Made by a program: the position numbers and the translations under genes. The notes under the pieces were generated by a model that did not search any database, had not been told where the DNA came from, and worked only from the letters and a program-made list of their open reading frames with translations. Shown here piece by piece: positions 1 through 19,668 of a stretch of DNA of 64,000 nt (its first letter is position 1; the number at the start of each line of letters is the position of its first letter). The DNA is from Lingula anatina (Eukaryota > Animalia > Brachiopoda), in assembly GCA_051362555.1 (NCBI GenBank), contig CM120641.1:11036001-11100000 (forward strand). The letters are read 5' to 3'.

Positions 1-759
1 TAACCAGAAAATGGGATAGGAACTCTCAATAGGCGATATTCATGCTTGAATTGGCTTTCACCAGAGGCTATGTCTGTATAGAGTGCATTCTAAGAAAAAT
101 CAATATAGTTGAAATTGGGTAGATAATTACAGGTTAGGGTCTTGTAAACACAACCAGTAACAAATGTACCGATTGTTGGGTGGGTTTTTGGTGCAAAGCA
201 GTCAAAATTTTTGGTTGAGAATTTTTGTACCTCCACATAAAATTGTTTCATGGTGTTACAGTCTGAACATTTATCCATATGTGTTAGCACATTTGTTCAG
301 CGTATGTGCTTTATACCACAGTCTGTATTATGAGCACGTCTTCAGTTCAGTAATACACAGCATGCACATAAACTAAAGGCCTATACAAAGAAAAATTACA
401 AACAAGCAAAAATATTCATTACAGTGAATGTCAATATGACTGAACTTTCGCGTTAATATGAATTATTGAAATAAGTTTTTATGTCAAGCGCTTTTTGTTA
501 TATTTAATTTTAGAAAAGCCATTGAATGTTGTAGACATTGAGAATGTATTTGGTTGTATAGATTTGTTTTTGAGATGCTTATTCCTATCAAAAAGACAAT
601 GCAATCAGGCAATTGGGGGGAGGGGGGCAGAAAGACTGGTGAATTTAAGTGTTCATAATATCAGGGTTAGCACTTTGTACTAAATATTTGTGCAATTTGT
701 ATGATTTGAGGTGTGTTGATTCATTAGTATTTTCTGATGTTAGTGTGAATTAATAATGA

Positions 760-7802
<7,043 letters not shown>

Positions 7803-9396
7803 TACCAGCCCCATCATCTGGACCTCTTTATGAGCATAGCAGCAGCATTGTTGATGTAATTTTTATCACATTCACAGTGCAAGTGAATTGGATGACAGAC
7901 AAGAAATATGTGAATGTCTATTGTATTTTATACACAGCCATTGTATAAATGTAAAAAGATAGAAAAAAAAGCGTGAAAAAAAATGTATAGTAACTCACAT
8001 TAACCACTAAGTCATCACACTTCGATGAAACACATGCTTCCATCCTTATTCTATAACATTGGAAGGCAAATGATGGGGTTGTGTTTACTGTAATTTTGTG
8101 ACTCTAGGTCTTCAAGATAACACAGAATACCAGGTTGTCATATAAATCCTTGCCATCTGAATTCCTTAGGACTTTGATGAAATGTTGAAGGGAAAATGGT
8201 ATCATCAGGGAGATATTCATGAGATACAAATGAAAGGTTCTAGTAATGTCACTTTGCAAATATAATTAAACAACATGTACATGTTTTGTGAAGTTTGAAT
8301 GAAATGGAGCTTCAAGTGTTAACAATGCCAAGGCTGTAGCCATTGTTGAAAGCATGCAGCCAACTGTTGTTTTTAACCTTAATACCTGCCATGTTTTGTG
8401 TATGCCACATTCTACGCACAGCAATGGCTGCAGCATTTGGCTTTCTGCTAGTGCATAGCTTCACCAGTATGGATTGCTTCTTGCAAACAAAAGCTTGATG
8501 TCCTCATTTAATTGGGTTTCAGAATGGTGAGAAGTTGTTAACAAATGCAAAACTTGTTTCATCTTTGAGTTTATTGTGTTCATGAGGAGATGCTGCACTT
8601 TGATGTGATCACATGGTTTTTTTTATTGCCAAGATCTGGAAAATGGCATGTGACCTTTCATTCTTGGGCAGCGTAAGGGGTTGATTACTTGGGAAATTCT
8701 CAAATAAGAGATTTTGCCAGTAGTTGTTTGTAACATGCCATTGGAAATCATGGTTAAATTGTTCCTTAGCCCTCTTAGTGAAGCATCAACTTTTATGAAA
8801 ATAACTTTTCTGTACAGGCCATTACCAAACTAATGGTTTAATTTCAGGACCAAGAGTCCTAAGGAACGTGACAGGAAAGTTGTCGTCAAATAATGGACTT
8901 TAAAAAAAAAAAGAGACATGTAGGTGAAAATGCTCTGCTATGTGCAAAATCCATTTTGTTATTAATTGTAATTGTGAGTTAACATCTCTGCAATTAGAGA
9001 GAAGTGCAATACAGCATTGGACATGCATGGCTCATGTGAAGAAATCACCATTGTACACGGGGACATTTGTATATCAGTTCATGGTCATTCTTGTCTGTCC
9101 TTCAAGACTTGTCATAAAAATGTGAAACTGGCGTGTTTTAGTTGCAAGGTTGTGAAGGATTCAGATTTTAAATGAAACTAGAGAGGACAATTTATTGAAC
9201 TTTCTTGCATCTGTCAGATGCAGGTATTGGTCCGGTTGGTGGTTTGGGAGAAATTATCCCAATCTTCCAGTGTGTTTCCTATATGAAATGATTATTCATG
9301 GGAGTTCAGATTGTTTTAAATTTAAATGTCATTATTTGAACACTAAGAGGGATTAGTGAATCCAAATCCTTCACAGTAAGTAGCATGCACAGTTTG

Positions 9397-9785
9397 TGTA
9401 AATATTATTCTGTACAGGTTAATTCTATATTTAAAGTATACTGCATGCTGCATTATTACATTTTAATGAAATAATAAGGTGCTGAAATGCAAGTGTACCT
9501 ATCATGTGTGGGTAAATTCAAAGATCTCCTTGAGCATTTGTTGATAAATTTATTGGGCAAGGTGCACAAAGTAGATTTCTTAAACTTAATATATCTATGT
9601 GATACTAATTTAAGGCAGTTCTTTGACCATTTCTGCAGTACTCTTCGAGTTTGCCCTCCCTGAATAAGTTCGTTGACCTTTGACTGTGCTGTGTAAAACA
9701 CTGGCAGCTAGCAAGGGCTGAATATGTTGACTTTAACAAATTAAAGTGTACTGTCCTAAATGAAATCTCAGATGGTGTGTACATA
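9397..9785 (+). promoter_or_regulatory. Two Pumilio-type elements (TGTAHATA) in the presumed long MARK 3' UTR
   Basis: TGTAAATA at 9397-9404 and TGTACATA at 9778-9785; UTR extent is inferred and such 8-mers occur by chance in AT-rich DNA. Confidence 0.3.
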
Positions 9786-10520
9786 CTTCATTAAGTATCA
9801 GAAAATGCAATGAATTACTAATTTATGGAGGCAGTATTTGTACTAAAAAACAAAAAACAGCCAGCCACTGTATATTTCTGTTAAAATTTTAGTAACTAGT
9901 AAATGAAATATATGTATGAAGTACATTGTGTTTGCTGTTGGTTTTCATCAGATTCTTGTCAAGTTATCCAAAGGTATCTGGTATTCCATTTCATCAAAGG
10001 GATAAATGCATTAACACATGCCCACATATTGATATAATAATACAATTTTATTATTCGTATAATTTTACACAAAGGTATAAATAGTTTCATGTAATATAAT
10101 TGAATTTCAGCATAAGTCGTATTTGTATAAAAATGGAATATGTGTAATAATTACAGAAAAAAGTTAAAATGTGTGTGAAGCATGCTAGTGTAAATTTTTG
10201 TCATTTTAAGAAAGCTTACAGCAGATTGCTCAAAAGATTATTCTACCTAGTGAAACATACTATCACAGTTTTGAATATCCTCACTGCAACTTAATAATTT
10301 TTGGGTAAAAAAATTGGTATCCAGTTGCAAAAAGATTTATAGGATCTTTAAAAATTGGATTTTTTAAAGGAAAAAAAATAGATGGTTCATTTAAAGAAAA
10401 AATCAAACTGCAAAATTGTAATCGATTCTAACAATATAACAGTCCATATTATTAATATTAATGAGCACTGTTATAAAAGTTCCGTGCTTGCTCCTCTGGT
10501 TTGGTGGATTCATTAATTGT

Positions 10521-12147
10521 TTAATCAAACACAACACCTTGTGCTGCCTTCCTTTTCTTACTTGATGGATTGATTACACTCATTCCAGGTTGCTTTGGTT
10601 TCGCCTTGGTCTGACTACCTCGTTTCTTGTCCAAATCAACAAATGCTGTATTGCTATTTGATGCTTTGCCAATCTGATGCTGAAGACCCTCAACCGTATC
10701 TTTGGACTTTTTCAGCTCAATTTCTAAACTATGTGCCGTACTGGCTAAGAAAAATAGTAATGTTTGTATTTCTTCTTTTCTCTCTGCGGCACTTGCTTCA
10801 TAAAGGTTGAGACTTAAACAGCTGATTCCTAGTCCAACTTCCAGTGTTGCTTTCTTCCCCATACAACTGACTGTCATCTCTCCCCTTTGGAATGATTGGC
10901 TGGAATGAAATAATCTTGGAATTTCTGACATGTAAATAACTGCAAACCATGGCTAATATCATTCCAAAGTGTACATAAAACAGTTTGGATCTCATGCTAC
11001 AATCAAAAATATTCTATAATTCTCCAATTGCTCACCCTTCTCGTACAGAAGAGAAATAACATTCTAAAATTAGGTTAGCCAGTCTTTTTTACATTTATTG
11101 TGCCTGCATACCATATAAGTGCCTCTTTGAGGGAACATTGGAAAAAGAAGGTTTCACGCATCTTATGTAAGGCAAATAAAACTCATTAAAATGCTGAATT
11201 CAAAGAAAACTATAACAGCCCCATATGTGTGGTTCTACCTACCTAAACCTGATCAAGTATTCCTCCAAGGACTTAAAATCTGCAACATCTCTCTCTGCCT
11301 CAAGTTCCTCTTTGTTGAGTTCCGTCTTCCACACATCACAGCCATTGCTTACACAAAGTACCCATTTGTCTCCTAAGGGAAGAAAGCAGGTATTAATCTT
11401 GATTTCTTAAAAAAAATCAACTTCGTTGAGAAAGCAATGAAAAATTAACGGAAAATTTACAAATGAAAAGTTTCACTTCTATTTCCTTTCTCTGATACAT
11501 TCAGTTTATATCAGCTTTCTTTTATTCATCCGAGATGTCAGATATCGTAATGTATAACGCTAACTCATGGATTTTCGTGCCAACAAGGCAGCAGTTACCC
11601 AAACAATCAGTGCTGGGGGGTGGGGGGGGGGGATAAAATGTACAACATATAATCATAATTATAATCATTCACTGTATTCACAAGTACCCTTGCCTCAGTG
11701 TTAGGACTTTCTCTGTTCCATTGGCGCAGGTTTTGCTCTGCAGTTAAACTGCAGCAGCTTGGCCCTTCTCTGGCAAAACCTAACCTCAGTTTTCGGCCTC
11801 ACAAGCTACCCAGGTATATATAAGTACCTAGCACGAAAATTCATGCGTTAGCAACAGTACATATCAGAATCGTCAATAGGAGTGCTAACGCATGAATTTT
11901 CGTTCTAATAAGTACCTAGAATGCAGCATGTAATGTTTAATATGTCACTTGTTTAAGCCTTAAGGCCGAAAACTGAGGCAAGGCAATACCTGCCCCTGTC
12001 TGAGTGCAAATTAATATTGTTGCATACCAATAGCTTTTTAATACCTGTCACTCTCATAAACACCAAGTATCGCCCGGCGAGAGACTCTGTTACTTTGTAG
12101 ACTTCGTTCAATCCATGTTCCCTCAACAGCTCGCGAAAGCCAGGCAT
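10521..12147 (-). CDS. PAXX: PAXX non-homologous end-joining factor (XRCC4/XLF paralog), 203 aa
   Basis: Exons 12147-12045 (MPGFRELL...GRYLVFMRVT), 11372-11243 (GDKWVLCVSNGCDVWKTEL), 10899-10521; C-terminal Ku-binding motif PGMSVINPSSKKRKAAQGVVFD resembles human GESLINPGFKSKKPAGGVDFDET; phases match. Confidence 0.9.
11829..11907. mobile_element. 79-bp MITE with 25-bp TIRs and 9-bp target-site duplication
   Basis: TAGCACGAAAATTCATGCGTTAGCA ... TGCTAACGCATGAATTTTCGTTCTA (1 mismatch), flanked by ATAAGTACC at 11820-11828 and 11908-11916. Confidence 0.85.
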
Positions 12148-12795
12148 ATTTCTTTTGCAATTAGAGGCGTGAAAACACAAACATATTGCAGCAAGAGTGA
12201 CGAAATGAGACGTGAAGTCCAGCAACCACAATTGCTCTCAATTTAGTGTTTGCAATGCTGTTTACACCGGGCTGCTGCTGCAATCACGATTTTTTCAATC
12301 TCACAAACCTCGGCTGTTCTCTGCTTTCCTTGCGTATTTCAGCAAACAAGCAAATTAACCTGAATCACGTTTGTAAACAGGTTTGAAAAGATGGGAAACA
12401 AGAGAGAGAAGGGTAGGGATACTCTTCTTTTGTCCAATAAAGCGGATAAAGTAAAATTATTCAACTAAATTATGGATGTAGGCCTACCACTTTTCTACAG
12501 CACCCACCCAAACAGAGATAATTTCCACAGTAATTTTTTTCAACAGACTCTAACAAATTCAGTAGCTCATTACGTCCCTTTTTCGCGAAGGGTCATTCTC
12601 CCGATGTGCTCCATTTTACTATCCGCCTTTGAAACAGTCCCGAAGTCCGTAATTATATAAAGTAATGCCATTTATATCTACATATCTTGCGAAGCTTCTT
12701 AAAAACTATAAAATCAGTCAAGTGAAAGTACCTGATGTCGATATCAAGTAAGATTTCATTGAATAATTAATAATAAATTTGAAGATTGGGAATTC

Positions 12796-12822
12796 CACAC
12801 GCTTGGTGATTCCAAGCGTGTG
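12796..12822. repeat. Perfect 11-bp inverted repeat (hairpin) upstream of PAXX
   Basis: CACACGCTTGG-tgatt-CCAAGCGTGTG. Confidence 0.8.
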
Positions 12823-13719
12823 ATGATGATAGGTTTTTTGCACTTCACACATAAATGGCATGGGCGGCGAAAGTTACGTAAGATTGCAAATATTTTGATC
12901 CTATTGGATCAATGTTCCCTACTCAATGTGCGGTCAAACGGGCAGATATATTGTTGGTTGAACAACATTAATATACTTTGTTCGCACAGAAAGTAAATTT
13001 TGCATACAAATCCATACGTCACATCTCATTTCAACATCCTCAAGCTGATCCTCCACTGCTGCAGCTTTGGCACGTCCAGAGTTCATCACAGTAGGCAATA
13101 GAGTTTTTCTAAAAGGATGGTAAAAAGACTTTTAATATAATTTCCAAATTACGAATTTGATTTTTTTATCGTAGGCCAAATTCTTGATTAAACCGTATAA
13201 ATGGTAAATAAAGGTGTAGTTAATGAATATATTTGTTGAATCACGACAAACTTTTTCAGACCACAACACAATACCTAGGCCTATCTGTTTGATGACACTA
13301 AAATATCGAGGTTGGGGAGAGTCTATGGTATGCATGGTCACACCTTTCACCGTAAGATCGGTGAGTTTGAATTCATGCAATACATGTAGCCTACTTTTGG
13401 CCCAAGTGCAGTTAAAGGGATAGCAACTGATCATTTTGACCAAAAAATGAAGTTTCCTGGGGTTAACAACAATTTTCCGATACTTACCAGTGGTTAATGA
13501 ATTCATTTCTACATTCAAAGTTAGTCCCTGTTCTTTTTCTAAAAAGTTTGTTTTTTTGTAATAATCTCCTAAGTCAGTTATCAGCTAACATATGCTCTCA
13601 TATCTGTTGTCAAAACTGATTTACGCAAGTGCTGAATTGCATTCACTTTGGTATTAAAAATAAAATAATATTCTAATAAAATATTTTACGCAAAATTGAA
13701 ATTCAAAATAAATTGCCAC

Positions 13720-14173
13720 CAAACTTTAGGCTATTCCCTTCTTGAAATAAATAACTTATCCAGTGACTTATCCTCTTGCCGAGTCCCAGATGCTGTTGAT
13801 TTCCTGAAATTGCATAAAAGAATACTTGCGCAATTACAAGAAGGGGGCCTGTATGTTCCGTAAAACACTGAAGCAATTTGCAGACTGTTCCTCTACGTTG
13901 TTGTCTCTTAATCTTGTAATAATCACCATCGATGGATCACCATGGCTGCAAATAACACCAGTTTCACCGAGACGAGTAAACACACCAATAATAAGACTTA
14001 ATAACAAAGCAAAAACAGTGAAAGTATCTCAGGGTCAGTGTTATATTTCTCGGTAATTAGTCCCCCTATAAGAGCTAAGCAAACTCGGAAAACTTAAAAT
14101 ATTAATGTAATGCCGTTCATAAAAAGCGTCATCATACTTACTAGAGTGTGTATATATGTCAGGGACATCGCAT
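13720..14173 (-). pseudogene. Inverted degenerate paralog of the 14718-16123 orphan gene
   Basis: Exon 14173-14142 (aaaacaATGCGATGT..ACACACTCTA|gtaagt) aligns with orphan exon 1 (aaaacaATGGGATGTATACAATCTC|gtaagt) with a 13-nt insertion; exon starting 13803 (NQQHLGLG) aligns with orphan exon 2 (NHQKLGLG). Further candidate exons near 13538-13488 and from about 13108. Confidence 0.6.
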
Positions 14174-14243
14174 TGTTTTATTCTAATTAGAAACTAACTT
14201 AGAAAATAAGTCCACATTTGTAACTCCCGGTTCCATTCAGCGA

Positions 14244-14295
<52 letters not shown>
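14244..14295. repeat. Poly(A) run of about 50 nt
   Basis: Seen directly. Confidence 0.95.
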
Positions 14296-14300
<5 letters not shown>

Positions 14301-14612
14301 TAATTTGATTAAAATCAAGTTATTATATTCAAAAAGAAAAAAATATTCACTAAATGATTGGATATAATCGTTTTTACAATTTTCTTTTGCACATGTCTGA
14401 TTGATGATAGGGCCTAAGTCTATCCTACGCCGGCCTTCTACACGAACCACGGATAGGTTTGAAACTGGGTATGCAAAGGGGAAACTGTTTCACCAACCTT
14501 TAAAAAAATGTGTAGGCCTATACATGGTGTATGTATTGACAGAAACAACCATTCCAGCTGTTGCATCTTTGCAATGACGAAAGCGACGGTGTCATGACGT
14601 ACAATCGCGTGG

Positions 14613-14620
14613 TGACGTCA
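14613..14620. promoter_or_regulatory. Palindromic CRE (CREB/ATF/CREM site)
   Basis: TGACGTCA about 100 bp upstream of the orphan ATG, with TGACG half-sites near 14575 and 14595. Confidence 0.55.
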
Positions 14621-14717
14621 TAATATACACTGTACCATAATACACTTTTCTAGCAAAGCGGAAAAGAAGGCACTGCTTTAGCGCTTTACACAAAATTATT
14701 AAGTTTAAAACAAAACA

Positions 14718-16123
14718 ATGGGATGTATACAATCTCGTAAGTATCATTATATTTAATCATAATTAAACGTGATGTATTATTTTTTAATTTGTTTTGAGCT
14801 TGTTCAAATACATAACAATTTCTAAAAATTGGTGAATATAACAAAACTTAGAAACATAACTTAATAACGCTAAATAAGTCTATTTCATAAGTCAATCTTT
14901 GGCGGTTAGCAATACAGTAGGGAAAAAATATATTTTCTGAATAACGTAAATTTGAAATGTTTTTGGTGGTTATAACTTATACACGTTCGTTTTGTGCCTT
15001 TTTATGAAAATCATACTTTCTGAACGTTTTATTGCAGAAAATCATCAAAAGTTGGGACTCGGCGAAAGGACAAGAGCTAAATTTCGAAGGGGAAATAAAG
15101 GTTGCCTTTCATTTTTTCTTTTCAAAGCTTTTATTGGTGTGTCAATATGTATATTGTGAGGCATCAAGAAGTGAACATAAATGAAGCAGCTAGTCCTATT
15201 TTGAATACAAAGACAGAGTGTCAATACCGTTGCCCGATGTATGGCGGAAACATTGATAACATGTAGTTTATTGTGATTGCAGTGGGCCCAAGTCCCTCTC
15301 CTGAATTCACCGACGATCTAACGGTGACGGGTGTGGCTATGCAAGTCAACCCTAGTCGGACTTCAGTCGATATCTTTACTGTTCAGGGTCGTCAGACAGA
15401 ATGGTAAACATTATTCTTGCTCCGCATTAAGTCAATTATAATTAACTTTGGAAATAAGAAAATATGATGTAAAACAATTGATTTAAAAATTATCTGCTAA
15501 TTTACTTTTATTGTTTACAATTTTATATAAAGCCACACAGATCCAATCCCAGACTCTGGCGAGTTGGACATGTCAAAGCTGTCTCAAAAAGAATTCGACG
15601 ACATTGTAGAGGATTTGATGGAGGATATACATGTAGATGAAGCATGATGTGGTGAGATTTTAAAGGGAAAGTGTTGAAATCATTTGCGCCAAAACAGAGT
15701 GCAGTTCTGTGATTTACTGGCATGATACGCCGTATTCCAAAGAACCAAAGTACATAAAAGCTAAAAAGAAAAATCCATTTTATGGTACATTTCGATCTGA
15801 TCAATCGCTGCCGTTATCTTTGCACTGTAACTGGATCTATTTTTTATTATTTGTCGAAATACACAACAGAATTGCAGAAGGCAGGTCTCTGCTTTATTGT
15901 TTATGATTTTACTTGGACAATTTTGCAGAAACTTCGCAAAACTGTTAATGATTTAAATTTGGATTTATTCCCTTTACATTTCAGTGAAAATACTGGTATA
16001 TCGGTATTTTATTCCGAGTGTCCAAATTCACCCATCACAATCCAGAACAGATGTCAAGACTACAGTAGACGACGCGCTCGGGCAGATTGGACTTCAGAAA
16101 CCTTTTCAGATCATCAAATTTGA
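14718..16123 (+). CDS. Uncharacterised 113-aa protein with N-terminal myristoylation/palmitoylation motif MGCIQS
   Basis: Exons 14718-14736, 15038-15100, 15283-15403, 15985-16123, all GT-AG, phases 1/1/2 give one open frame of 342 nt; Kozak-like AAACAATGG. Confidence 0.72.
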
Positions 16124-16773
16124 TGCGAATGATGCATGAAAAAATCAAAAGACAAACAATAAATTAGAAATAATGGCGGGGATGGAGGTGGTAAAAAATG
16201 TCCGAAGAGATGGTTCTATGTAGTATTTTTCTTTTAAAAAATGAGACATACATTCATATTACCGTTGTATTGAAATAAGTGGTGCTGATGTAGCAACAAT
16301 AAGAATTCATACTGCTACTGTAGAAAAAAATTTTAAAATGCTCACCAATATACTTGGTACAATACACTATAATAGACCAGTTTTTCATAATATAACTAAC
16401 CCAAAACGCTTTAAGGTCACCTGCCGTAATTAGGTTGGGAGATTTGAAGGTTATTTAAACAAAAATCTTTAAGCTATATGCATGTACAGTGTAATTTACT
16501 GAAAAAAAATTAATTTCAGACACAATCCTTATCTGACAATAAAATGTTATCTTCATTTTATTTGTAGTATTAAATATCATCATAAATGTATAATTTTGTA
16601 TAACTTATTGATTTGAATTGTCCCACCATGTTGACATTTTTCTTATCCTATGCATACATACTATAAAGAAAATGATTTACTGTCTGATTGTAACACTTAT
16701 GAGTGTTACAAATAATCCATCAAAATTTAACTTCTGGTCTATTTGAAGGAATGAACATTTTGTGTTTATTTTG

Positions 16774-18679
16774 TCATACGCAAACATTTGTAACTCCAAC
16801 ATTTATTTCACTCCTAATATCAGCATCAGTGGTTCCCTTCTCCTTCATATTCTGTGAATCAAAGGTAGTTCCTGACTGGTTTTCAAAATCAGACTCATCT
16901 TCATCTTCATCATCTATTGAATAGTGCTTTAATGCACTGAGTTTTGTTCTATCTAAATCATCAGAAAGACTGGAATCTGAATTTTGTTCAGCTGGAGATG
17001 ATAAATCTGGTTGAACTTGAAAACTTGATTCTTTTTTAGATACAGAATGACTAAGGTCATCTTCAGTCTCATCCGTGTCAGAAATGGTAAGGTAGAACTC
17101 TTTCTGTGTTCTTGCTATTTCTTTTTTCAGAGTAGATCTGATTTTATTCTTTTTAAGAACTAGTTGCTGTATGTTGACTTGGTAATGCTGGATGAGATAT
17201 AACAGTATCTGAAAAAAAATTCATAATCTGTACATGATTGTGTATAAAAATTGAATATTTCAAAAGCATAATGATCAATCAATCAATCAATTCCTTTTAT
17301 GCTGACTGGCGTGTAGGGCACCAACATAGATCTTCCACAGCTCTCTGTCATGCATTAGATGTTAGATGGATCCCCAGATTTCTCCAAGTGTTTCAGCTCT
17401 GCCTCAACCTTTTCTATAAGGTCTTAGATCTTCCTCTTTTATACATGGTTCTTACTTTCCAAACTGCACTTAACAGACCCTTAACTAGGAACATTTTAAT
17501 TAATTATTTTTTTATGTTTACACTAGTGTTTAAACACAATGAATAAATGAAAACCAAATCCATCCACTTATAAATTAAAGTTTGGTCTTCCATGTTGTAA
17601 AAGGAGCTGAAAAAATAGGGCAGTGACATTTAACAAACCTCTGCTCCATGGTCAGTTATTCCTGTTCCTTCTAAGTCTAAAATCAGAAGCGTTGGTGTTG
17701 AGATTAAGGCCACAGACAAACAATTCACTCCACTATCTCCTATCTTGTTATAATCAAGGTGTAGGGATGTTAAGTTATTCCCTGCTGCAACAGCCATACA
17801 AAACAGTGCCCAACCCATAGATGTGATGTTAGTATTAGCACTCAATATCAAGTCTTGTAAGCCTAAAAACAAACGCAAAACTATGAAAATGATGATTGTA
17901 GTACAACATGATAGCCCTATGAAAATATATAGAAAAACTGATATTGAATTCCTGTTAATATTGATGTTAGTGTACATATTCAGTGCTCTGTGTAAAAAAA
18001 TAACCCATGTTTCTACTTAATTACAAGTGTCCCACCTGGTTTAGCACCATTATCTGGCAGCAGGTCAGTAATGTATGGCACACACTGGTCATCAAGCTGA
18101 CAGTCACCAATATCCAGACACACAATATGAGGGTGCATGACTAGGGCTTCGTGTAGGACAGACATTCCTAATCTCCCAAGATTTGATCCATGTAATCTGC
18201 AAACAAAATTTGTATATAAAAGTATGCAAACCATAAATAAAATGAAGTTGTAAGCATAAAAAAGAAATCTCATGGATGCTCCTTTGAAAACAGATTAAAT
18301 TGTAAAATCACAGCATTGTTATGATAAATTATCAATAATGAGGCTAAAAAGAATCAAGTGACAGCAGGATACATGACATATTATAGGAGCATACCATATA
18401 TACTTACAGTAGACTGTGTAGGGATCTGTTTTTCTTCAAGCAAGATGCAAGTTCCTCTACTTTTTCAAGTTTATCAACTGCTCCTAAATTCAGATTTAGC
18501 TGCAAGATGGATGCGCTGGTGCCAATGTGGTCCATTAACTGCTTAAAACATTTTCTTGAAATTTTGCACTGGCGTAGAGATAGGATTTTGACACTTTGGG
18601 AGTCCAGAGTTTCACAGATATCTTTCACATCCACTGACCTTAGTCGCTGATGGGAAATTTGTATGGTCCCTGGTACCAT
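16774..18679 (-). CDS. LRRC73: Leucine-rich repeat-containing protein 73
   Basis: Exons 18679-18408, 18196-18036, 17862-17639, 17208-16774; MVPGTIQISH...QLNLNLGAV...NRSLHSLLLHGS...HPHIVCLDIGDCQL...LDYNKIGD...LDLEGTGIT match recalled human LRRC73 motifs; acidic C-terminal tail. Confidence 0.92.
17272..17440 (-). mobile_element. Decayed 3' fragment of an RTE-like LINE
   Basis: Minus strand KRGRSKT...VEAELKH...HDRELWKIYVGALHA followed by a (TGAT)n tail; contains stops and frameshifts. Confidence 0.65.
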
Positions 18680-19668
18680 CTTAGTCAGTCCAAATATATC
18701 CGCTATTAAATGCTCTTAAGAGTTGCATTGGTAGACATGTTACAACTACAGTATACTTAGCAGGAACAAACAGATGCCAGTGAGGTGCTGCATCCATCGA
18801 GGATCCTGATCAAGATATTTGGGATACTGGATTTAATAGACAACACAACTGCACTTCTTGCCAGTGTCTAAAACATAGGATGCCATTGACTCATCACATA
18901 ATCTCAAACTTACTGTATTCGACTTAACGGGCTGGACTTAAAGTTAAATTACATATAATTGCATTTAATAAAATGATATTATTTCTTGGGTGTCCTTGAT
19001 CTAGTATAGAAGTACAGTCTATATGGCTAAGATTATGGTACTCCAATATTTCAAGTTTTCTGCATATGAATCAACGGGTTTTGTACATGTACACCGCTGT
19101 ATATAGCAGACAATCTAAAATACATACATGTATTATTAATTAAAACAGGCAAAACACCTACTACACTGTAGTACTGGTAGGCAAGAACAAGAAATGAAGG
19201 AAAAAAGGAAGAAAGTGTACTCATACTCGTATAAACATTGACAGCCCTTTATAAAGCTGCAGGGACTAATGGAAGAGCTAACTTGCTTGCATACTCGTGC
19301 ATACTCACTAAAACCAATGCACAACACGTGTTTGTATGTTTATGTTTATCACATACACCATCGCCCCCTGGTATCACAACAATCAACAGGATAAACAAGT
19401 ACCGCACTTCAGAATAATTTATATTTTACGTATTTTGTACGTGCATGTGCACTATTGTCTGTGATGTTACAATGATACTATAAAATATTATGTATTTGTA
19501 AACTATTCTGATATCGGAAAATGATCTTTATTTTTTGTTAAACGCCATATGTTTGCAGAGTTTTACTGTCACCTGATTGGCGTCGTTATCAAACTTGACC
19601 TATTTATTACAGAGTGCGCCAAGATTGGAATGGTTTGTTTGTTGTAATCTGGTCCGGCTGGCCTTTGT

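Noticed and set aside
90-683. Short ORFs at the window start and most 60-110 aa ORFs in the track
   Set aside because: They fall in introns or UTRs or are antisense shadows of real exons; no motifs or splice-phase support.
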